This document shows, piece by piece, positions 28,720-36,997 of a stretch of 64,000 nucleotides of DNA. A model generated the notes under the pieces. It had not been told where the DNA came from and did no database searches. It saw only the letters and a program-made list of their open reading frames with translations. The DNA comes from Bacteriovoracaceae bacterium (GTDB lineage Bacteria; Bdellovibrionota; Bacteriovoracia; Bacteriovoracales; Bacteriovoracaceae). The position numbers and the translations under genes were made by a program. Location of the stretch: contig OZ244226.1 in NCBI GenBank assembly GCA_965217035.1, forward strand, positions 2,772,146-2,836,145. The letters are read 5' to 3'. Each line of letters opens with the position of its first letter. Position 1 is the stretch's first letter.

Positions 28720-29516
28720 ATTCCAACTCCTGTATAACGTCGATTTCCTCTTACCCAAGTAATCTTAAAAACAATAAAAGAGAAGAGTGTCCAGAATCCT
28801 AAAACTGTATATATCTGAATCAAATCGATATTGGTTTGACCTAAAAAGATTTGAGCTGGGTAATAGATGAAATAAGGAAAGGGAGTATAATTAATAACTT
28901 CTTGAAGGGTTTCAGGATAAAAGCTCAGAGGAATCATATAACCTCCAAAGAATTGAACGAAGGTTTTCATGAGAACGCCAAGACTCCAGACATTATCGGC
29001 CCAGAACGCAATAATTTCAATAATGGCCGTCATGAAATAGTAGCAAAGAACGCCGAGAACAATGACAGATGAAGCGATAAGAAAATTAACGAGTGTTACA
29101 TCATTTCCAAAAGTATAACGATGAAAGAAAACAAGAAAAATAAGTTGCAGATAATAAAAGACACTAAAAGCTGAGTAGCTTGCAAACTTTAAAACTGTAG
29201 AAGAGAAAGGATAGAGTAGAAACTTATTAAGCGTTCCGTAATAAATATCGCGAGAAAAGAAACCAACTCCAAATCCTTGTTGGGCCTTAAAAAGCATATG
29301 GGCCATGAGATAATAGAGAATGAGATTGTTTAAATTCATTCCATTCATCTCTTTGACGTTATTGACTTCAAAAATAGCGGCCCAGAGGTAATAGCTTATG
29401 GCGACGACAATAAGTGTTTGGCCTAAGAAGCTAGTCCAAAACTCCCAGCGGTAGGCAAGGATCTGTCGCGCTTCAATTGCAAAGGCATGCCAATAGAGAC
29501 TAAGGGTTCTTCTCAT
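28716..29516 (-). CDS. ABC-2 family permease (DUF990 type)
   Basis: DIYYGTLNKFLLYP, GGYMIPLSFYP, multiple TM. Confidence 0.88.
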   Translation of the reverse strand: MRRTLSLYWHAFAIEARQILAYRWEFWTSFLGQTLIVVAISYYLWAAIFEVNNVKEMNGMNLNNLILYYLMAHMLFKAQQGFGVGFFSRDIYYGTLNKFLLYPFSSTVLKFASYSAFSVFYYLQLIFLVFFHRYTFGNDVTLVNFLIASSVIVLGVLCYYFMTAIIEIIAFWADNVWSLGVLMKTFVQFFGGYMIPLSFYPETLQEVINYTPFPYFIYYPAQIFLGQTNIDLIQIYTVLGFWTLFSFIVFKITWVRGNRRYTGVGI

Positions 29517-30492
29517 TACTTAGATAATTTTCTATAACGACACTGATGTCGACTTCATTAATATTAAGGTTTTTAGGATTAAATTGATCAAGAAGAGTTT
29601 TCATGACGTCTGCAAGCTCTGTTCTGATAACCTGAAGTTTAAGCTTTGGTCCTATGATTTCAGACTTAAGTTTTGAAAACTTCTCCTTAATAAAATCTTG
29701 GATCTTATCTTCATCAGAACTATTGAAATCAACTTCTAGTGTTTTGTATTGAGCAAAGTTATCTGTAATGGTTTCAATTGATCCATCATAGACAATTTTC
29801 CCATCTTTTATAAGTGAGAGTCGGGGACAGAGCTCTTCAATATCTTCCATATAATGAGAAGTTAAAATGATGATGGGCTTATGTTCTTTCCTGTATTCCT
29901 GAAGAAAACTCCTAACAGTTTTCTGGCTCATAATATCAAGGCCAATTGTTGGTTCATCAAGAAAAATAACTTGAGGGTCATGAAGGAGAGCGGCCATAAG
30001 TTCAGTCTTCATCCTTTCACCAAGACTCAATTTACGAACAGGAACTTTTAATTGTGAGGCAATCCCGAGTTGTTCTGAGAGTTTATTAATATTATCTTTG
30101 AATTTCTGATCAGGAATTTCATAGATTTCTTTTAAAAGAAGAAAACTATCATAGGCAGGAAGGTCCCACCAAAGCTGAGCCTTTTGCCCCATGATCAAGC
30201 TCAATTGCTTTCTGTAATCATTATGTCTTTTCCAGGGATCAAACCCTAAAACAGAGACATCTCCAGAAGTAGCATAAATGATTCCACTCAAAATCTTTAC
30301 CAGCGTTGTTTTCCCTGCTCCATTTGCCCCAACTAAACCAATAATTTCGCCTTGTTCGATTTTTAGATCAACTTGGTCGAGTGCTTTTTTCTCAAAATAA
30401 TCTCTTTTAAAAAGTGATTTCAAAGACCCCATGAGTCCTGGATCTTTCTGATAGACCTTAAAGGTTTTGGAGAGATTTTTTACTTCAATCAT
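29500..30492 (-). CDS. ABC transporter ATP-binding protein (COG4586 type)
   Basis: GANGAGKT, MGQKAQLWWDLP, LSLGERMK, LDEPTIGLD. Confidence 0.95.
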   Translation of the reverse strand: MIEVKNLSKTFKVYQKDPGLMGSLKSLFKRDYFEKKALDQVDLKIEQGEIIGLVGANGAGKTTLVKILSGIIYATSGDVSVLGFDPWKRHNDYRKQLSLIMGQKAQLWWDLPAYDSFLLLKEIYEIPDQKFKDNINKLSEQLGIASQLKVPVRKLSLGERMKTELMAALLHDPQVIFLDEPTIGLDIMSQKTVRSFLQEYRKEHKPIIILTSHYMEDIEELCPRLSLIKDGKIVYDGSIETITDNFAQYKTLEVDFNSSDEDKIQDFIKEKFSKLKSEIIGPKLKLQVIRTELADVMKTLLDQFNPKNLNINEVDISVVIENYLSNEKNP

Positions 30493-30686
30493 TAGTGAAG
30501 TGTTGGTTTGTTTTCTGGTTCATGAATTCTTCTTAGAATTTCATTTGTTAAATCAAAAGGTCGATCTAGGAAATCTTCGAGTTCAAGTTCTTGAATAAGC
30601 TTTAAACATTCTTGGTTAATTTGTGAGACAAAAGGATCGAGGTTTTGGGCAAGGAATTCTAACTTTTGGATTTTTTCTTGATTCAT
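30492..30686 (-). CDS. small hypothetical protein
   Basis: 64 aa, GAGGA RBS, stop overlaps ABC ATPase start (TAATG). Confidence 0.6.
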   Translation of the reverse strand: MNQEKIQKLEFLAQNLDPFVSQINQECLKLIQELELEDFLDRPFDLTNEILRRIHEPENKPTLH

Positions 30687-30744
30687 TTTTGAAATAATTC
30701 CTCTTTTTGAAGGCTCAATGAGCTTATTGTTTTAGTATTATTCA

Positions 30745-31581
30745 GTGAGTCGACTTCTTTATTATGCCTTGGCATTCGTTCTTTGTCTTGCTTTTGACCC
30801 ATTGAGAAAAATTTTGAGAAATCTCTTTAAAGATGAGAGAAAACAGCTTATTCGAAACTTGAATCAAAAAATACGCTACCCGAATCAGAACGTTTCTTTT
30901 TCACAAGCGGGCTTAGGAAAAGGACTTTCAAAACTCCAATCTCTGGAAAGAGAAACCGGAGTTCCTGCATTGAATGAGTTTTTGCTTTTCAGAAGAGTCC
31001 TTCAAAAGGATCAAGATGCTTTTCAACAGTCGAAAGAAATTATCTTAGGGGCCCTGATTCAGATAACTTGTATGTTTGTTTATTTTGGTTGTTTTTTTCT
31101 CTTTGCCAAAATTCAACTGAATTTAAGCAATTTTACTCATCTAAAAGTCAGTTTCGCTCTCATAGTTTTTATCATTGTTGGATTCATTCTTTTATCTGAG
31201 GGAATTCGAGTTTTTACACTTCAGCAAAGCGAAAAGTTTTTGGAAAAACTCACGCTTTTTAAACTTTTTACGAACTCCCAATATTCGGTTCAGGAGGTGG
31301 TACTCTTCTCTAAGTTGCAGGGATTTCAACCTAAAAGAGAGCTTATTCCCTATGTTGAGAACTTTTGGAAATCTCTAAAAGATTGGATTGAGGGGGCAGC
31401 TGATTTTTCTCAGGAACTCGATTCTCAAATTCAAGAACTAGAATATTTTCACTCTAGACAGTTAAAAAAGTTCCAAGCTCGTATTGAAGGTCTCAAGATG
31501 CTGACCTTTGTTTTCCTTTGTGTCCCATTAATTGGTTGGAACTTTCAAGGAATTTTGCTTCAGTCCTTTGGACAACACTGA
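30745..31581 (+). CDS. membrane protein, possibly T2SS-F/TadB-like
   Basis: Several TM helices; ETGVPALNEFLLFRRVL..IILGALIQ resembles the TadB/GspF helix before a TM pair. Confidence 0.45.
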   Translation: MSRLLYYALAFVLCLAFDPLRKILRNLFKDERKQLIRNLNQKIRYPNQNVSFSQAGLGKGLSKLQSLERETGVPALNEFLLFRRVLQKDQDAFQQSKEIILGALIQITCMFVYFGCFFLFAKIQLNLSNFTHLKVSFALIVFIIVGFILLSEGIRVFTLQQSEKFLEKLTLFKLFTNSQYSVQEVVLFSKLQGFQPKRELIPYVENFWKSLKDWIEGAADFSQELDSQIQELEYFHSRQLKKFQARIEGLKMLTFVFLCVPLIGWNFQGILLQSFGQH

Positions 31582-31617
31582 GCAATCGTCCTATATTAGG
31601 CTCTCTAAGGAGTTTTC

Positions 31618-33294
31618 ATGGAAAATAAAATCATCTTTTCGATGTCGCGCGTCAGTAAGTCTTATCCAGGACAAAAGCAAGTTATTAAAGATATTTCTCT
31701 ATCATTTTTTCTAGGGGCTAAGATCGGTGTTCTTGGTTTTAATGGGGCGGGTAAGTCGACGGTGTTAAGAATTATTGCAGGGATTGATGATGATTATTCC
31801 GGTGAAGTTAATATCCAAAAAGGTATTACAACAGGTTACTTGGCGCAGGAGCCTGAAGTTGATCCAGAGAAAACCGTTAAAGAAATCGTTGAAGAAGGGG
31901 TTCAAGAAACAGTTGATCTTCTCAAGGAGTATGAAGCAATCAATGCAAAGTTTGCTGAACCAATGAGTGATGATGAAATGAATGAACTTCTTGAAAAACA
32001 AGGCAAACTCCAAGATAAACTCGATGCTATTGATGCTTGGGACTTAGATTCAAGACTTGAACTTGCGATGGAGGCCCTCAGGTGTCCTCCGAGTGATCAA
32101 AAATGTGGAACGCTTTCCGGTGGTGAGAAAAGACGAGTGGCACTTTGTCGACTTCTTCTTCAAGAACCCGATGTTCTTCTTCTCGATGAGCCTACAAACC
32201 ATCTTGATGCAGAAACTGTTTACTGGCTAGAAAGACATTTGCAAAACTATAAGGGAACAGTCATTGCTGTAACCCACGATAGATACTTTCTTGATAATGT
32301 CGCTGGTTGGATTCTTGAGTTAGACCGAGGTCGAGGAATTCCATTTGAAGGGAATTATACTTCTTGGCTTGAACAGAAACAGAAAAGAGCAGCTCAAGAA
32401 GCTAAAGCAGAATCGAAACATCAAAAAGCAATGGCGAAAGAGTTAGAATGGATCAAATCTTCTCAAAAAGCTCGACAGGCCAAAGGGAAAGCTCGAATTA
32501 ATCAATATGAAGAAAATCTTAAAAAGAATCATGAGAAAACTAATGAGACAACAGAGCTTTTTATTCCTTCGGGTCCAAGACTAGGAAACGTTGTTATTGA
32601 TGCCAATGCCGTTTCGAAAGCTTTTGGAGATAAACTGCTTTACGATGATCTGACTTTTAAACTTCCTCCAGGAGGAATTGTTGGGATTATCGGTCCAAAT
32701 GGTGCTGGTAAGACAACGATGTTTAAGATGATTACAGGGCAAGAGACTCCAGATGCAGGTGAGTTTACTTTAGGTGATACAGTCGAGCTTGGTTATGTTG
32801 ATCAGAACCGAATGATGGATTCTGATAAAACAATGCTTGAAGAAATCGCTGAAGGACAAGATGTTATTAAGCTTGGTGACAAAGAAGTTAATGCAAGAGC
32901 TTATATTTCAAAATTCAATTTCTCTGGTGATGAACATAAGAAAAAAGTCAGTCAACTTTCAGGTGGTGAACGAAACCGAGTTCATCTCGCAAAAATGTTA
33001 AAGTCTGGTGGGAACGTTCTTCTTCTTGATGAACCAACGAACGATTTAGATGTCAATACTCTTAGGGCCCTTGAAGATGCGCTTCAAGACTATGCAGGTT
33101 GTGCTGTTGTTATTTCTCACGATAGGTATTTTTTAGATCGGCTTGCAACTCATATCCTTGCTTTTGAAGGCAACTCTCATGTGGAATGGTTCGAAGGAAA
33201 TTTTTCTGATTACTTAGAGGATCGGAAGCGTCGTCTTGGAGATGATGGAGATGTTCCAAAGAGAATCAGTTATAAGAAACTGACGAGGGCCTAA
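31618..33294 (+). CDS. ettA: energy-dependent translational throttle protein EttA
   Basis: DISLSFFLGAKIGVLGFNGAGKST, two ABC domains, ELEWIKSSQKARQAKGKAR linker, C-terminal RISYKKLTR. Confidence 0.96.
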   Translation: MENKIIFSMSRVSKSYPGQKQVIKDISLSFFLGAKIGVLGFNGAGKSTVLRIIAGIDDDYSGEVNIQKGITTGYLAQEPEVDPEKTVKEIVEEGVQETVDLLKEYEAINAKFAEPMSDDEMNELLEKQGKLQDKLDAIDAWDLDSRLELAMEALRCPPSDQKCGTLSGGEKRRVALCRLLLQEPDVLLLDEPTNHLDAETVYWLERHLQNYKGTVIAVTHDRYFLDNVAGWILELDRGRGIPFEGNYTSWLEQKQKRAAQEAKAESKHQKAMAKELEWIKSSQKARQAKGKARINQYEENLKKNHEKTNETTELFIPSGPRLGNVVIDANAVSKAFGDKLLYDDLTFKLPPGGIVGIIGPNGAGKTTMFKMITGQETPDAGEFTLGDTVELGYVDQNRMMDSDKTMLEEIAEGQDVIKLGDKEVNARAYISKFNFSGDEHKKKVSQLSGGERNRVHLAKMLKSGGNVLLLDEPTNDLDVNTLRALEDALQDYAGCAVVISHDRYFLDRLATHILAFEGNSHVEWFEGNFSDYLEDRKRRLGDDGDVPKRISYKKLTRA

Positions 33295-33596
33295 TGAAAT
33301 ATCTTCTGTTTCTTTTGTTAGTGAGTTGCTCTGCTTCTCAAGAAGAGCCTGAAATAAAGAACACAACAGAAGTGATCGAACAAGAGGTCAAAAAAAGAGT
33401 CATTAGTGGGTTTTTCTTAAAAAGCTCAAGAGGTGGAGAATTTCCAATTAAAGACCAAATTGTGGTTTTAAAGGATCACAATAATAAGAAAATAGCTGAA
33501 ACAAAAACGAAGTTTGATGGTTCTTTTGAATTCTCTTTAGATATTGACTGGGGTCCTTATTCTATTTATTTAGAATTAGAGGACTATCACAAACTA

Positions 33597-34472
33597 GGGC
33601 GTGTTTTCAAAGTTTACTCCACATAAGAATCGCTCCCAGTAAAACCATGGTCATATAGTTTCGAGCAAGCTTTTCAAATCTCATTGCAATCGACCTAAAT
33701 TGCTTTAAGTTACAAAAAGAATTCTCGACAACATGTCTGTCTCTATAAAGTTCCTTGTCGTAAACAATCTCCTTCTTTCGACTTCTTCTTCCTGGAATAA
33801 CAGGACTTACTCCTCTCGCTTCGAGTGACTTTCTGAACAAATCTGCATCATAACCTTTATCAGCAAGAAGTTGCTCGACTTGATCGGGTAACTCTTCAAT
33901 AAATTCATACGCGGTATCAATGTCATGAATATTGCCTGGACTTAATTTAATGATCTCCGGATTACCGTAGCTGTCTGTTAAAAGGTGAATCTTTGTTGTG
34001 GGACCACCTGAGCTTTTTCCTATCTTCTGATCACCATTTTTTTTCGAGCACCATGAGCATGTTGATGAGCTCGAACAATACTTGAATCCAAGGCAACGTT
34101 TTGCTTTGTTAACTTGTCTTTAATCAGAACAAAAACTTCTTGGAAGATTCCTGATTCTGACCAACGATTAAAACGAGTGTAAACTGATTGCCAAGGACCA
34201 AACTCAACAGGGAGATCTCTCCAGGGACAACCGACTCTAAGCTTCCAAATCATTCCTTCAAGCATTGTTCGGTTACATTTTGAGGGACGAGCGCAGCGAC
34301 CACGTTCAGCTGGTAAAAGAGGTTCTATTTTTTTCCACATAGTGTTTGTTAAAAATAATCGTTCTGTTGTTTTCATAGATCTATGAAAGTAGAATTATGA
34401 TCAATGGCCAAGATAAATGACCTTAAAAGGCCTTACATTTTCTCAGACCCTTCTAACTTTGAAGACACGCCC
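33597..34472 (-). mobile_element. IS5-family (IS427-group) insertion sequence, 876 bp
   Basis: Terminal inverted repeats GGGCGTGTTTTCAAAGTT (33597-33614) and AACTTTGAAGACACGCCC (34455-34472), 1 mismatch; flanking TA duplication. Confidence 0.95.
33607..34376 (-). CDS. IS5-family DDE transposase, two ORFs joined by a -1 frameshift
   Basis: OrfA (GCPWRDLP..GPWQSVYTRFNRW, LDSSIVRAHQHAHGARKK); A8 run at 34037-34044; -1 frame reads NGDQKIGKSSGGPTTKIH..LADKGYD..YRDRHVVENSF. Confidence 0.92.
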
Positions 34473-34583
34473 TATTTGACCTCAATTCATCTGAAAAAGA
34501 TCTCGGTAGAATCATACTGTAATTATTACAAGCTTTAAGGGCCTCGAAAAGGACTGTGTTATATAATCTATTTCGAGGGAAGT

Positions 34584-34982
34584 ATGAGAAAATTTGTTTT
34601 AATATTCACGTTGTTAGTTGCTGCATCTTCATTTGCTAATTCAAAATGTCCAAGATTTTCAAAGGCAAAATATAATTGCCTTACTCTCGAAGATGATGAT
34701 GTAAGAAAAGAAAAAGCTCACCTGAAGATTGTTAAAAAAGCGGGAAAGAAAACTCTTATCTTTACTCCTGAAAGTGTCTTGAATGAGCTTATCCTTGATA
34801 ATAAGCTCCGCTATTCTGAAAATGGTTTTGCTTATAGGGCCTATTGTAAGAATAGAAAGGTTATCGTTCAGTTAAAAGACTTTGATCTCAGGGTAATTTT
34901 CTCAGGTAGTAAGAAAAAAGCTTCTATGAGAGCCTATCTGTACAAAGAAAGGATTTCGACTGCCGATTGTCGGCGCAAATAA
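34584..34982 (+). CDS. secreted basic hypothetical protein
   Basis: GAGGG RBS, signal peptide, 4 Cys. Confidence 0.75.
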   Translation: MRKFVLIFTLLVAASSFANSKCPRFSKAKYNCLTLEDDDVRKEKAHLKIVKKAGKKTLIFTPESVLNELILDNKLRYSENGFAYRAYCKNRKVIVQLKDFDLRVIFSGSKKKASMRAYLYKERISTADCRRK

Positions 34983-34999
34983 GCCGGATATCTCTTCTC

Positions 35000-35027
35000 T
35001 AAACATTTCATAAATTTATACCGATAA
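35000..35027 (+). promoter_or_regulatory. putative sigma28 (FliA)-type promoter
   Basis: TAAA-N16-ACCGATAA ending 7 nt before ATG 35035. Confidence 0.55.
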
Positions 35028-35034
35028 AGATCCT

Positions 35035-35514
35035 ATGAAATCAATAGGATATCTCACTTTAGTGGGATTTATTTCACTCTTAGTAGTAGCTTGTTCTTCG
35101 AACCCAAAGCAAAAAGAAAAAAGTGTTAAAGATTTTCCACGTTCTATTTCTTCACAAACGAAAAAAACTGTTGATGGAGATCTTTTATCATCATCATCAT
35201 CATCATCATCATCATCTCGTTCCACAACAAGAAAAGAAGTCGATGTCAGGACAATTAAAGGTGTTCTCATTAAAACGGACAAGACCGGTAACGAAAAGCC
35301 TATTAGTAGTGAAGAGATTGTTTTACAAAATGATCAGTATGAAGAAGTTGCTCGTGCGAAAACTGATGTCGATGGTTCTTTTCAATTTGTTCTCGATATT
35401 CCCAGAGGGGATTATTCTCTTATTTATGATGAGGGAACCTATCACAGAGTTTTTAACTTGATCGATCTTGAACATGATTTTGGAAATTTAAACATCAATC
35501 CTAGGTTCGATTAA
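35035..35514 (+). CDS. lipoprotein with poly-Ser linker and beta-sandwich (CnaB/carboxypeptidase-regulatory-like) domain
   Basis: Lipobox LVVAC; IKGVL..IVLQN..VARAKTDVDGSFQF..GDYSL. Confidence 0.8.
   Translation: MKSIGYLTLVGFISLLVVACSSNPKQKEKSVKDFPRSISSQTKKTVDGDLLSSSSSSSSSSRSTTRKEVDVRTIKGVLIKTDKTGNEKPISSEEIVLQNDQYEEVARAKTDVDGSFQFVLDIPRGDYSLIYDEGTYHRVFNLIDLEHDFGNLNINPRFD
35188..35214 (+). repeat. (TCA)9 microsatellite encoding poly-Ser
   Basis: Nine perfect TCA units followed by TCT. Confidence 0.95.
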
Positions 35515-36326
35515 TGAATAATTCTAGAGGCTTCTCTCTTCTTGAAGTTCTTATAGCGGCAAGTATTCTCAGTGTTGTTATTTTAGGCGTTATGAAGGTG
35601 AATGAAAATCTTGCTTCGGTCGAGCAAGGCTTTATTCAATCACAAGACTCGATGGAAGTCTTAAGCAATACCAAGCTCTTTATGGGACACCAATTGAGCT
35701 GTTTAGGGGCCTTCCGACAAGCAAAACAAAAGCGCCCTGACGGTCAATTTTATATTCCGATCGATGGTGAATTTGAATCGATTAAAAATTTCGAAAACAA
35801 TGATTTTATCTCAGTGGGAGAAACTTATGGGAAGGTTAAACTCCTTTACCTTTCCTATAGTCCTAGGAAGGGTTATTTTGAAGAGGAAGCCTTTACGAAT
35901 AAAAGAGGAATTGTGGATGTTTATATCCAGATGCAGGGAATAGGAAAAGTTAAAAGACCAAAGTTTAAAAAATTACCTGTCTGGGTTTATGCCAGTAAGA
36001 AAATCAATGAACCTGCCGAAATTCAATATTGTGATTCCAGTCGAGCGGACATGATCAATTATATAACTGAATCTGTTATGGCCCGCGTTTGCCTGAGTCT
36101 GAACGCTGTGCTTGATCCAGAGACCAGGCTTTGCATCTTTGGTTCGGAGTATGAAAAAGAAAAGGCGATCAAGAAAGCCGAGCGAGTGCAAAAAACAGCA
36201 ATGAAGAGGGAGATTTCCTCACCCCAAAAGCCGGCTAAGATTGATGATGATACTTTTCTAATGTATTTAATGAAATCGATGCTTGAAGAAACAGAAGAAA
36301 AAAGGGCGATCAGTAACCGCCCTTAA
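35514..36326 (+). CDS. prepilin-type N-terminal cleavage/methylation domain protein (pilin/pseudopilin-like)
   Basis: MNNSRG|FSLLEVLIAASILSVVILG type III signal with E5; TAATG overlap with lipoprotein. Confidence 0.9.
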   Translation: MNNSRGFSLLEVLIAASILSVVILGVMKVNENLASVEQGFIQSQDSMEVLSNTKLFMGHQLSCLGAFRQAKQKRPDGQFYIPIDGEFESIKNFENNDFISVGETYGKVKLLYLSYSPRKGYFEEEAFTNKRGIVDVYIQMQGIGKVKRPKFKKLPVWVYASKKINEPAEIQYCDSSRADMINYITESVMARVCLSLNAVLDPETRLCIFGSEYEKEKAIKKAERVQKTAMKREISSPQKPAKIDDDTFLMYLMKSMLEETEEKRAISNRP

Positions 36327-36338
36327 AAGATATATGTC

Positions 36339-36770
36339 TTAACCCATCTTTGCTTTTAATTTGTCGAGTTTTTTCTCGACATTAAACATGGAGCACCAAC
36401 CGTTTTTGTAAACCAATTGTCCTGGTTTCTTAGCAGCTTGTTTACACTTTCCATAACCTTCTTTGTTAGGCTCAAGGTAGAATTTACAATACTTGCATTG
36501 AGGTAAAACAGTTTTAGCATCAACATTTAAGGCCTTCGCTATATCTGCTTTTTTTCCAAAGTATTTTTGAACTTGTTTCACATGTCTCTTCGCAGCCTTT
36601 GGAAGCTTGTCAGCTGTAATTTCATGGACATATTTTAAGATTTTGATGCCGGCATCTGGAGCTGCTGCTAGCGCGTCAGCAACCAAAAGCCCGCCTTGTT
36701 TCATGAGCCCTAAAACTCCCAATGAGAAGGCCGATAGTTTTACAAATGTTCGTCTGTTAACTTGTTTCAT
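36339..36770 (-). CDS. Tat-exported high-potential iron-sulfur protein (HiPIP-like)
   Basis: VNRRTFVK twin-arginine signal; QCKYCKFY..GKC..VYKNGWCSMF four-Cys HiPIP pattern. Confidence 0.82.
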   Translation of the reverse strand: MKQVNRRTFVKLSAFSLGVLGLMKQGGLLVADALAAAPDAGIKILKYVHEITADKLPKAAKRHVKQVQKYFGKKADIAKALNVDAKTVLPQCKYCKFYLEPNKEGYGKCKQAAKKPGQLVYKNGWCSMFNVEKKLDKLKAKMG

Positions 36771-36997
36771 GGAATCTCTCCTTACCTCAGTAGATTTTGT
36801 TTAAAGTAGTCTGCAATATTATAGTTCGATTTCGCAAAAAAGTTAATAATATCAAAGGTTTGTACCAGCTTACGCTTGATTGAGTTACCATACTTTATAT
36901 AGCCTCTTTCAACCCCTTGAAAAAAGTATGCAATAGACGGCTGCGACGAGCTTTGTTACCTTTTTATAAATGAATTTTTTGCTACAGGAGCTCTTTC

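Larger units (their letters stand above)
33294..34522 (+). pseudogene. lipoprotein gene interrupted by an IS (5' part 33294-33596, 3' part 34475-34522)
   Basis: Lipobox LVSC; removing the IS and one TA restores ...YHKL-FDLNSSEKDLGRIIL*, matching the C-terminus of paralog 35035-35514. Confidence 0.85.

Noticed and set aside
33607..34376. Transposase as a frameshifted pseudogene
   Set aside because: Break falls on an A8 slippery site typical of IS427-group elements, and both IRs are intact
35123..35461. ORF with a poly-His run (and antisense poly-Asp ORF 35016-35282)
   Set aside because: Alternative frames of the (TCA)9 repeat inside the lipoprotein gene; no RBS or independent coding signal
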